This document shows, one piece after another, positions 42,679-53,301 of a stretch of 64,000 nt of DNA. The stretch is from assembly GCA_963422395.1 (NCBI GenBank), contig OY729431.1:1216001-1280000 (forward strand), read 5' to 3'. Numbering within the stretch: position 1 is the first letter of the stretch; the number at the start of each line of letters is the position of its first letter. A program made the translations under genes and the position numbers. The notes beneath the pieces are model-generated. The model saw nothing but the letters and a program-made list of their open reading frames with translations. It did not search any database and had not been told where the DNA came from. The stretch comes from Vicinamibacteria bacterium (GTDB lineage Bacteria; Acidobacteriota; Vicinamibacteria; Marinacidobacterales; Marinacidobacteraceae).

Positions 42679-43715
42679 TCCCGCGCGGGGGAGAGCGCCC
42701 GATCCAGGAGCGCCTCGAGGTAGCTCTGGAGCCTTCGTCCCGCGTCCTCCGGTGCCCGATCATCTCCCGGTGCGACGCTCTCCGGCCCGGGGATCTCCGC
42801 CATGGCCACATAGACGAGCTGGCGGCCGGGGAGGTCCTCCGGCCGCTCGAAAAAGCCCGACAGGACCCGGGTGATCGGACTGGAGTTCAGCGATCCGCCC
42901 TTGTAGAAGTGGCGGCCGTGGGCGGTCTCTTCGAGGAAGAGGATGTCCCGCATCGCGGCGATGGTCTCCGGAGCAGCGCCCGGGGTGTCGCCCCGCGCGA
43001 TCGAAGCGAGGACGGCGGCGAGTGAGCGGGCGGTGGCTTCGTTGTCGCCGGTGACATCGCGCGCCGCGAGCATGTAGCGGCGGGCGTGGATCCCGGAGAA
43101 ATCCGGGTGGCGGGCGTGGATCCTCCGCGTCAGCTCGGCGGGGCCGCCGAGGAAGGCGGTCACCAGGTTCGCGGCGGCGTTGTACACCGCGTTCGAGACT
43201 TCGGTTCCCCGAATCATCGTGAACCCCACGGTCTCGGCGCTGGCAGTTTCGAGGTGCTCGCGGATTTCCGCCTGCGTCCTGGCGTCGAAAGGGGAGACCG
43301 CCGGATGCGCGGAGTCGAAGGCAGCCGCGGCGCTCCCCGGGAGCGCCTCGCCGAGGGTGTTCGCGCGGTCGGTGAACAGCTCGACCAGGTACGAGGTCTT
43401 GATCGAGCTCGCCGCCGGACGGGGCGCCTCCGGGGACTCTGCATAGAGCGGCCCGCCGCCGCTGAATCCGCTATCCGCGGTCCCGATCCAGAGACTCCGC
43501 TCGAGGCCGGCGAACTCGTCAGAGTCAACACTTCCGATTGCGGCGGCGATGCGCTCCCTTACCGCACCGGAGTCTTCCGCGGCTGGCGAGCCTCGAAAAA
43601 CGCCTTCGGCCTCGGGCACCCCGGCCAACCCCGAGAGCAACGCTGCGGCGACCGAGAGCGATGCCGCAGCGCCCGGGAGCGCTGGCGCCCAAGCCCTTCG
43701 AAGCAGCCTTCGCAT
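42648..43715 (-). CDS. Serine hydrolase, class A beta-lactamase-like fold
   Basis: 'AASSIK' SxxK, 'DNEATARSL', 'YKGGS'; signal-like N-terminus; start inferred. Confidence 0.7.
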   Translation of the reverse strand: MRRLLRRAWAPALPGAAASLSVAAALLSGLAGVPEAEGVFRGSPAAEDSGAVRERIAAAIGSVDSDEFAGLERSLWIGTADSGFSGGGPLYAESPEAPRPAASSIKTSYLVELFTDRANTLGEALPGSAAAAFDSAHPAVSPFDARTQAEIREHLETASAETVGFTMIRGTEVSNAVYNAAANLVTAFLGGPAELTRRIHARHPDFSGIHARRYMLAARDVTGDNEATARSLAAVLASIARGDTPGAAPETIAAMRDILFLEETAHGRHFYKGGSLNSSPITRVLSGFFERPEDLPGRQLVYVAMAEIPGPESVAPGDDRAPEDAGRRLQSYLEALLDRALSPAREWLAAEPPTP

Positions 43716-44025
43716 GGCGACGAGTCTAGCGGAGGTTCCGTCGAGCGGTGTTGGGGCACCGGAGTCCTGCCGCCGACCGCGTGCTGCAACGGGGCTGGTC
43801 CCGAGGGACGGTAATGGACCGGTACGACGCTCCGATCCTCTGGGGATGTCGGTGGTCGGTGGGAAAGGGTCGCGGCGAAAAGAAAAACCCCTCCCGGATT
43901 TCCGCGAACGCTTCGAAGGTTTTTTCCGAGCGAACGCTTTTCCCGACAGGCTGTCCGTCAGGTCATCCGACAGGGGCGGCCGGAACGGGGAGGCCCCGTC
44001 CCGGCGAGTGTGCTTCGGTTTCGGA

Positions 44026-46006
<1,981 letters not shown>

Positions 46007-46167
46007 CGGTACATATCTCCTCTCTTTGGCTTGGATGGACGCCGTGCGGCGCCCATGCCGGGGGTTTCAGATGGGTCCGGCCGGTCTCACGAGCTGCGGA
46101 ACCGGTCCCGGAGCGGCTTGCCTAGCGTGTGGCCGGCGATGCCGATCAGGAGCTCCGAACGATGGGA

Positions 46168-46248
46168 ACGATAGACGCGATGCCGCGGGTTGTCAAGCAG
46201 TGTTTAGCAAGATCACAATATATAAATCTTAGTGAATTCCACTACGAT
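46168..46248 (-). promoter_or_regulatory. groESL sigma70-type promoter with upstream HAIR-like operator
   Basis: TTGACA(46196-46191)-17 bp-TATCGT(46173-46168); ATCGTAGT-N7-ACTAAGAT at 46248-46226. Confidence 0.7.
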
Positions 46249-47048
46249 TCTGCGCTGCGGTTGCCGTCAGGACGCAGACGGACGACGAACCCGGCGGCCG
46301 AAGCGGGAATACGCAGCTCGCCTTCGCGGGGGCCGGCTTCCACGGGCACTCCGCCCTCGGCGAGCCCCCTGCGGTCCGCCTCGGAATCGCCGGTGTCGAG
46401 GACGAGGGCGGTGAGTCCCGGTTCTCCGGGCTCGAAGCGGAGAGCGCAGCCGTTTCCGAAGGGGAGTACCGTGCCCGGTCCGCCGTTGCTGCCGGATTCG
46501 GAACCGGCGGGCGGAACCCCGAAGAGCCGCTCGAAACGCCGGGCCGCGGCGGCCGGGTCCGAGCTTCCCGCCACCACCTCGACGAGCCGGGTGGCTGACA
46601 GCAGCGGGCTCATCCGGGGCGGCGGCGGGTCGGGCCAGTTCCAGCTCGAAGCGTGGGGCTGGATGAGCTCCACCGTGAAACCGCAGGCGTCCCCCGGATA
46701 GACGAAGGCTTCGAAGCCGTCGGCGGCTCGGAAGATCGTGTCCTCGAAGATCTCGGTCGTCTGCCGGACCCGGGCCACGGCGCCCTCGATGTCGTCGGTC
46801 TCGAGGGCGAGGTGTTCGAGCCCCTCGCCCCGCTCGCGAAGGTAGCGGCAAACGCGTGCTTCGGGATTCCAGTTGTGGACCACATGGAGCCAGCATTCGT
46901 TCCCGAGCAGCGTGCGCGAGTCGAGCTGGAACCCCCGGCCCTGATCGGTGCGCCGCTCCGACGGTTCGAGTCCGATCCGGCGGAGCCCCGCCGCCGCCGA
47001 GGCGTGGCTCCGGTGTGCAGTGCCGATGTGCTGGAGGCGCAGGATCAT
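46242..47048 (-). CDS. VOC family protein (methylmalonyl-CoA epimerase-like N-domain plus a second VOC-like domain)
   Basis: 'LQHIG', 'RGEGLEHLALETDDIE', 'AFVYP...GFTVELIQ'. Confidence 0.75.
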   Translation of the reverse strand: MILRLQHIGTAHRSHASAAAGLRRIGLEPSERRTDQGRGFQLDSRTLLGNECWLHVVHNWNPEARVCRYLRERGEGLEHLALETDDIEGAVARVRQTTEIFEDTIFRAADGFEAFVYPGDACGFTVELIQPHASSWNWPDPPPPRMSPLLSATRLVEVVAGSSDPAAAARRFERLFGVPPAGSESGSNGGPGTVLPFGNGCALRFEPGEPGLTALVLDTGDSEADRRGLAEGGVPVEAGPREGELRIPASAAGFVVRLRPDGNRSAES

Positions 47049-47087
47049 GGGGCGCACATTATCGGGATTTTCTCGGCGAGGGCCTGC

Positions 47088-47870
47088 CGGAGGTTCGAGG
47101 CGATGCCGGTGGCGGCAGCGAGACTCGCCGGCCTGAGCCTGGTGCGGTTCCGGGAGGATTACCTGCCGGGTGCGGTGGATGCCGAAGCCCTGGCGAGAAA
47201 CGACCGGAACATCGAAGAGCGCCTCGCCGCCATGAAGATGATCGCTACGGTGGAGGATCCCATGCCGACGATCGTCGGCGTCCTGGTCCTGGGCCGCCGT
47301 CCGCAGGAGTTCCTACCGGGGGCCTACGCCCAATTCCTGCGGATCGCCGGCACCGAGTGGGGGATCCGGTCGTCGACGAAGCTCGTTGCCTTCGGACCGA
47401 TTTCCGAGGTCATCGCGCAGTTGGACCTCAAGCTGTTCGCCCACAACCGGACCGCCGTGGATTTCACTTCGGATCGGCTGGAAAAACGGACGGTGACCTA
47501 TCCGCCGAGTGCTCTGCAGCAGCTCGTCCGCAACGCGGTCATGCATCGCAGCTATGAGGGAACGAACGCCCCCATCCATGTGTACTGGTTCGACGACCGC
47601 ATCGAGATCAACAGCCCGGGGGGGGGGGCGTACGGAGAGCTGAACCACCGCAATTTCGGACAACCGGGCCTCGTGGATTACCGCAACCCGATCTTGGCGG
47701 AGGCGATGCGCGTCCTCGGGTTCTTCCAGCGATTCGGCTTCGGGATTCCCTCAGCGCGGCGCGACCTGCAAACCAACGGAAACCCACCGCCCGAGTTCCG
47801 GGTGGAAGCGAACCGGATTCGATGTACGGTCCGGGTTCGCGCGCCGGAGCCGGCGCGGTCGTCTCGCTGA
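47088..47870 (+). pseudogene. Fragment of an AlbA_2/RecG-C (HATPase_c_4) type ATP-binding protein
   Basis: 'FLPGAYAQFLR', 'ALQQLVRNAVMHRSY', 'DDRIEINSPGG', 'YRNPILAEAM'; N-terminal domain absent; apparent compensating indels near 47360-47392. Confidence 0.7.
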
Positions 47871-48029
47871 CGGTCCAACTGCTAGCTCCGAGCCAGCTTC
47901 CCGCGAACGCCCGGCTGGAATAAGGGCTCTACTCGTCGTATACGGCCCCGGCGAAGGTCCTTCGCCCGGCGGGTGAGCAGCGCACCCGGAGGGGATCGGG
48001 GCGCTGTCGGAACCGCCGGCGCCGTCAGG

Positions 48030-50195
48030 TCATCGCTCCACCCCGAGGTGGTGGAGCATGAACGCCCAGCGGTCGGCTTCGAGCGCCATCCGCATCGAGA
48101 CCGGCATTCCCCCGCCGTGCCCGGCGCTCTTCTGGACGCGGAGCAGCACCGGGTTTTCGCCCTTGCCGTGGATCTCCTGCAACCGCGCCGCGTACTTGAA
48201 CGAATGGCCGGGCGCCACCCGGTCGTCGTGGTCGGCGGTGGTCACGAGCGTCGCCGGAAAGTCTTCGCTCGGGGCGATGTTGTGGTAAGGCGAATAGGTG
48301 CGCAGCACCTCGAACATCTCCGGGTCGTCGGGGCTTCCGTAGTCCGAAGTCCAGGCCCAGCCGATGGTGAACTCGTGGAAGCGGAGCATGTCCATCACTC
48401 CGACGGCAGGCAGCGCCGCGCCGAAGAGTTCGGGACGCTGGTTCAGAACCGCCCCGACCAGCAGACCGCCGTTCGAACCTCCGGCGATGCCGAGCCGGTC
48501 CGGGCGGGTCACCGAGTCGTGGATCAGGAACTCGGCGGCGGCGGTGAAGTCGTCGAAGACATTCTGCTTGTTCTCGAGCATTCCTCCGCGGTGCCAGCTC
48601 TCACCGTACTCCCCGCCGCCTCGGAGATTGACCTGCGCATACACCCCGCCGCGTTCCAGGAAGACGAGATCCGAGGCGCGGAACCGGGGCCGCAGGCTGA
48701 TGTTGAAACCGCCGTAGCCGTAGAGCAGCGTCGGGTTGCCGCCGTCGCGCACCAGGTCCTTGCGGTGAGTCAGGAACATGGGGATTCGGGTTCCGTCGGC
48801 GGAAGCGAAGAACACCTGCTCCGTTTCGTAGTCCTCGAAGTCGAAGGGGACTTCGGGCGCCCAGTGCTCGGTCGTTTCCCCGGAGGTGAGGTCGTAGCGG
48901 TACACCGCCGGCGGAAAGAGGAAGGAAGAGAACGCGAAGTAGAGCGCGTCGTCCCGCCGGCCGCCGCTGAGCTGGGACACCGAGCCGATCCCCGGCAAGG
49001 GAACCTCCCGCTCGAAGGCGCCGTCGAGAGTATGGACGGCGAGCCGGCTCTTCGCGTCGTCGAGAAAGGACAGTACGAACCGGTCGCCGACGATACGCGC
49101 GCGCTCCAGTGTGTCCTCGCTTTCCGGCACCAGTTCCAGCCAGTTTCCCGGCTCGGGGCGTTCGATGTCCACGGCGACGATCCGATAGCGCGGCGCGTCT
49201 CGATTCGTCAGGAAGTAGAAGCTCGGCCCGTCGTTTCCGAGGAACCCGTAGGAAGCGTCGAAGTCGTCGAGCAGCGGAACGATCTCGCCGTCGAAGCGCG
49301 GCGCCTCGCCCCGCCCGAGGTCGAGCAGATGGATCCGGTTTCGTTCGTCGGTCCCTTCGCCGATGGAGAACACTGCGTAGCGGCCGTCGTCGGACACTTC
49401 GGCCCCTACGGATCCGTCGGGTTCTTCGGGCCTCGCGTAGATGAGCCGGTCCGAGTCCTGCGCCGACCCGAGCGCGTGGTACCAGACGCTCTGGTTCCGG
49501 GTGACCCCGCCCTGCGCGGCCTCGGGGTCCGGTTCGGGGTAGCGGCTGTAGAAGAACCCCCCGTTGTCGTGGGTCCAGGCGGCGCCGGAGAACTTGATCC
49601 AACGCAGGTGGTCCTCGCGCTGCTCGCCGCTCGCCACTTCCATCACCCGGAATTCCCGCCAGTCGGAGCCGGATTCGCCGAGTCCGTAGGCGAGCAGCGC
49701 TCCGTCCTCGCTGAACGCGGTCGTTCCCAGGCTCACCGTGCCGTCCGCGGACAACTCGTTCGGGTCGAGGAGGACTTCGGATACACCCGGATCCTCGTCG
49801 GGTGAGGGCATGCGGTAGAGGACATCCTGGTCCTGGAGCCCGTCGTTCGCGCGAAGGAACCAGTGCTCGCCGAAGCGGAACGGGACGCTCCGGCGGGGAT
49901 AGTCCTGCAGCTCGGTCAGCCGGGCGAGGATCTCCTCGCGCTGCGGCAGCGAGTGCAGGTGGTCGAAAGTGACCTCGTTCTGCCGGTCCACCCAGGCGAG
50001 CACTTCGGAGTCGCGGTCGTCTTCGAGCCAGCGGTAGGGGTCTGCGACTTCCACGCCGTGGAGCGACTCGACGAGTGCTTCCTGGCGGGTCTCGGGATAG
50101 TCGAACCCGCCCCGGCAGGCGCCGAGCACCAAGCCGCCGAGCACCAGGGCGCCGCCGAAGCGCCACACCGTCAGACCGTTCTTCGTTTTCTCCAT
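48030..50195 (-). CDS. Prolyl oligopeptidase (S9A), probable lipoprotein
   Basis: 'DPYRWLED', 'GGSNGGLL', 'DHDDRV', 'AGHG'; GAGGAG/AAGGA RBS before MEKTK. Confidence 0.95.
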   Translation of the reverse strand: MEKTKNGLTVWRFGGALVLGGLVLGACRGGFDYPETRQEALVESLHGVEVADPYRWLEDDRDSEVLAWVDRQNEVTFDHLHSLPQREEILARLTELQDYPRRSVPFRFGEHWFLRANDGLQDQDVLYRMPSPDEDPGVSEVLLDPNELSADGTVSLGTTAFSEDGALLAYGLGESGSDWREFRVMEVASGEQREDHLRWIKFSGAAWTHDNGGFFYSRYPEPDPEAAQGGVTRNQSVWYHALGSAQDSDRLIYARPEEPDGSVGAEVSDDGRYAVFSIGEGTDERNRIHLLDLGRGEAPRFDGEIVPLLDDFDASYGFLGNDGPSFYFLTNRDAPRYRIVAVDIERPEPGNWLELVPESEDTLERARIVGDRFVLSFLDDAKSRLAVHTLDGAFEREVPLPGIGSVSQLSGGRRDDALYFAFSSFLFPPAVYRYDLTSGETTEHWAPEVPFDFEDYETEQVFFASADGTRIPMFLTHRKDLVRDGGNPTLLYGYGGFNISLRPRFRASDLVFLERGGVYAQVNLRGGGEYGESWHRGGMLENKQNVFDDFTAAAEFLIHDSVTRPDRLGIAGGSNGGLLVGAVLNQRPELFGAALPAVGVMDMLRFHEFTIGWAWTSDYGSPDDPEMFEVLRTYSPYHNIAPSEDFPATLVTTADHDDRVAPGHSFKYAARLQEIHGKGENPVLLRVQKSAGHGGGMPVSMRMALEADRWAFMLHHLGVER

Positions 50196-50525
50196 GTCCT
50201 TCGCTCCTCCTCGAGTTCGAGCTGGGTATGGGCAGCGTAGCGGGGCGGCTCCTCCTTCGGGAGATCGCTCGGATCGACCGTCAGGTATTGCCGCTCCATA
50301 CCAACGGTGGACGGCGGCGTCCTCTTCCGACGACCGGTTCGCCAGCAGACCGCCCGCCCGGGAAGGCGGATCGCCCGACGGCCTCCCCGATCGGCATCGA
50401 AACCGGCTTCGCCCGCGGGTCGAACCGCGGGCGAAGAAGAACGGGTGGAGAAATCGGGCCGGGGTGTAGTCGGCAGGCACCGTGCCTCCCCCGCCGAAAG
50501 CCGGAAAGCACGGCGAAGTCTTCTA

Positions 50526-50634
50526 CAGTCCGTGGATGAAGTGGCGCGAGCACCGAGACCGGGGAGGCGCCCGGCTGACAAGGCGCGAATCGGCTCGCTA
50601 CTCGGCAATGCCGTGTGACTTCGTCCACGGGCTG
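50526..50634 (+). mobile_element. MITE copy 2 (109 bp, internally deleted)
   Basis: CAGTCCGTGGATGAAGT...ACTTCGTCCACGGGCTG flanked by CTA on both sides. Confidence 0.85.
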
Positions 50635-50700
50635 CTAAAAGCCGGGGGCGTTCTCGAGTGCGCTATGCTGGCGAGCGTCCGTGTCCTTGGTTCCCCGATC

Positions 50701-52533
50701 GTGATTCCCCGGATCTCCCGGCGTTCGGCCCTGTCGGGCGCGGCGTACGCGGGGGCGGCCGCGGCGCTTTCGGGACTGTGGCCGGGGCGCGTTGCCGCCG
50801 GCGTCCCGGAACGCACCGTCCCGGACGAGCTCTCCGGTTCCCGCTTCGATCTGTGCGTCCTCCGCGCTCCGGTCCCGATCGAAGGACGGCGGGGCGAGGC
50901 GATCACGATCAACGGGAGCGTTCCCGGTCCCCTTCTCCGTTGGCGGGAGGGAGACGAGGTCGTCCTCCGAGTGAAGAACGAACTCGACGAGGACACCTCG
51001 ATCCACTGGCACGGCATTCTCGTCCCGTACGGGATGGACGGTGTTCCCGGCGTCTCGTTTCCCGGGATCGCACCGGGCGAGACTTTCGAGTACCGCTTCC
51101 CGGTGCGTCAGGCGGGAACCTACTGGTACCACTCGCACTCGGGCCTCCAGGAGCAGTCGGGGCATTACGGGGCGCTCGTCATCGAACCGGCGAAGGGCGA
51201 CCCGGTGGCTTTCGACCGCGAGCATGTGCTGGTGCTCGGCGACTGGACCTTCTCGAGGCCGGAGTGGATCTTCGAGCGCCTCAAGAAGTCCAGCGAATCC
51301 TTCAACTTCGGAAAGCCGACCCTCGGCGGCTTCTTCCGCGAGGCCGGCAGCCGCGGGTTCGGAGCCGCGCTCCGCGACCGGGCCGCCTGGGCGCGGATGC
51401 GCATGTCGGTCGCCGACCTGGCCGATGTCACCGGGGCCGCCTACACCTATCTGGTGAACGGCTGTGGTCCGGCCGACAACTGGACCGGGCGCTTCCAGGC
51501 GGGCGAGCGGGTACGGCTGCGCTTCGTCAACGCGGCGGCGATGACGCTGTTCAACATCCGGATTCCGGGCTTGCCGATGACCGTGGTGCAGGCCGACGGC
51601 CTCGATATCCAGCCCGTCGAGATCGACGAATTCCAGATCGGGGTGGCGGAGACTTTCGATGTGATCGTTACTCCGAGGCAGGAGCGCGCCTTCACGGTCA
51701 TGTGCGAAGCGATGGACCGGAGCGGCTACGGGCGCGCCACGCTCGCCCCTGCGGCAGGCTTCCCCGAAGCCGATCGGAACCCGAGCTTCAGCGCCGAGGT
51801 GCCGCCGCTGCGGAAACCGCCCCGGCTCACCATGCGCGACATGGGTCACGGGGGGCACCGGGATTCACCATCCGGCAGCGAACATGCTCCCTCCGGGACG
51901 GCCTCCCACGGGGGGATGGGTCATGCGGGGATGGACCATGGGGAGATGGATCATGCGGGGATGGACGGAACCGGCGCTTCGTCGGCGCCGCAACCGCACG
52001 ACCATCCGAAGGGCCCGGGAGTCGCGAATCTCGCCGCGGCTCCGGTCAGCCGGCTGGCGGAGCCAGGGCTCGGCCTCGATGCCGTTCCCCACCGGGCGCT
52101 CTCCTATGCGGACCTCGTCGCCCTGAGCGACAACCCGGACGCCCGCGCCCCCGAGCGCGAACTGGAACTCCATCTCACCGGCAACATGCGGCGCTACATG
52201 TGGTCCTTCGACGGCGTGAAGTACTCCGACGCCGAAGAACCCATCGTGTTTCGCGAGGGCGAGCGGTTGCGCCTGATCCTGGTCAACGACACCATGATGG
52301 TCCACCCCGTCCACCTGCACGGAATGTTCTTCGAGGTGGAGACCGGAGCCGGGCGCCGCTTGCCCAGAAAGCACACCATTTCAGTGAAACCAGGAGAGCG
52401 GCTGCCGCTGCTCGTCACTGCCGATGCTCCGGGAGACTGGGCCTTCCACTGCCATCTGCTCTACCACATGCGCGCCGGCATGATGCGGGTGGTCTCCGTC
52501 CAGGGCCCCGGCAGCGCGGCATCTGTCGGATGA
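50701..52533 (+). CDS. copA: Copper resistance multicopper oxidase (CopA/PcoA type)
   Basis: Tat-like SRR signal; HWH, WYHSH, HPVHLH, HCHLLYH; His/Met-rich insert; start 50701 or 50665. Confidence 0.95.
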   Translation: MIPRISRRSALSGAAYAGAAAALSGLWPGRVAAGVPERTVPDELSGSRFDLCVLRAPVPIEGRRGEAITINGSVPGPLLRWREGDEVVLRVKNELDEDTSIHWHGILVPYGMDGVPGVSFPGIAPGETFEYRFPVRQAGTYWYHSHSGLQEQSGHYGALVIEPAKGDPVAFDREHVLVLGDWTFSRPEWIFERLKKSSESFNFGKPTLGGFFREAGSRGFGAALRDRAAWARMRMSVADLADVTGAAYTYLVNGCGPADNWTGRFQAGERVRLRFVNAAAMTLFNIRIPGLPMTVVQADGLDIQPVEIDEFQIGVAETFDVIVTPRQERAFTVMCEAMDRSGYGRATLAPAAGFPEADRNPSFSAEVPPLRKPPRLTMRDMGHGGHRDSPSGSEHAPSGTASHGGMGHAGMDHGEMDHAGMDGTGASSAPQPHDHPKGPGVANLAAAPVSRLAEPGLGLDAVPHRALSYADLVALSDNPDARAPERELELHLTGNMRRYMWSFDGVKYSDAEEPIVFREGERLRLILVNDTMMVHPVHLHGMFFEVETGAGRRLPRKHTISVKPGERLPLLVTADAPGDWAFHCHLLYHMRAGMMRVVSVQGPGSAASVG

Positions 52534-53276
52534 GGCGGAGAGCCGCCGGCTTTCGATCCGCCGCTCTCGCCGCGGCGCTGCTGCCCGCCCTCTCGGGAGC
52601 AGCCCTTCCAACGGAAGCGGCTCGGGGCGCAGGCGATCAGGAAACACACGGGGAACACCGAGTACCGCTGATCGCCTACCTGGAAGTCGAACGCCTCGAA
52701 ATCCGCTCCGGGGAGGGTTCGCGGCGTTTTCTCGCCGACTTCCAGAGCTGGTTCGGGGGCGACCTCCACAAGCTCTGGTTGAAAGCGGAACGGGAGCCGG
52801 ACGGGGAAGTCTTCGAGGGCCAGCTCCTCTACAGTCGGGCGGTGAGCCCCTTCTTCGATGTCCAGATCGGCGCCCGCCGGGATTTCGGCGCGGCGGGGGG
52901 ATCGAGCTATGCGGTGATCGGCCTCGAGGGTCTGGCGCCCTATCTCTTCGAGGTGGACGCCGCCGTCTTCCTCCGGGACGACGGCGGGGCGTTCGCCCGG
53001 CTGGAAGCCGAGCTGGATCTGCTGCTCACTCAGCGGCTGATCCTCCAGCCGCGCGGAGAGATCGGGCTCGGGTTCGGGAAGGGGACGGTTTCCGGCAGGG
53101 GTGCCGCGCTGGGCGCCGCCGAGGCGGGGATCCACCTGCGATACGAGATTCGCAGGGAATTCGCGCCCTATCTGGGGGTGCTCTTCGAGAGGACGCGCGA
53201 TCCCGCGGGCGAGAGCGTGGGAGCCGGGGCCGACTGGAGCCCGCTGCTGGTGATGGGCCTGCGCGTCTGGTACTGA
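52530..53276 (+). CDS. copB: Copper resistance outer-membrane protein B
   Basis: ATGA overlap with copA; 'LYSRAVSPFFD', 'GLAPYLFEVD', 'LRYEIRREFAPYLG'. Confidence 0.92.
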   Translation: MRRRAAGFRSAALAAALLPALSGAALPTEAARGAGDQETHGEHRVPLIAYLEVERLEIRSGEGSRRFLADFQSWFGGDLHKLWLKAEREPDGEVFEGQLLYSRAVSPFFDVQIGARRDFGAAGGSSYAVIGLEGLAPYLFEVDAAVFLRDDGGAFARLEAELDLLLTQRLILQPRGEIGLGFGKGTVSGRGAALGAAEAGIHLRYEIRREFAPYLGVLFERTRDPAGESVGAGADWSPLLVMGLRVWY

Positions 53277-53301
53277 CCGCTCGACGGGCCGCTGCAGTCG
53301 G

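Noticed and set aside
46200-46230. CIRCE element before groES
   Set aside because: Only TTAGCA matches; no TTAGCACTC-N9-GAGTGCTAA
50482-50664. N-terminal extension of CopA, and of the O-antigen ligase ORF to 63307
   Set aside because: These are read-through of MITE sequence; the CopA Tat-like signal begins near 50701
51838-52005. Short repeats in copA
   Set aside because: They encode the ordinary His/Met-rich (MDHxx) copper-binding linker
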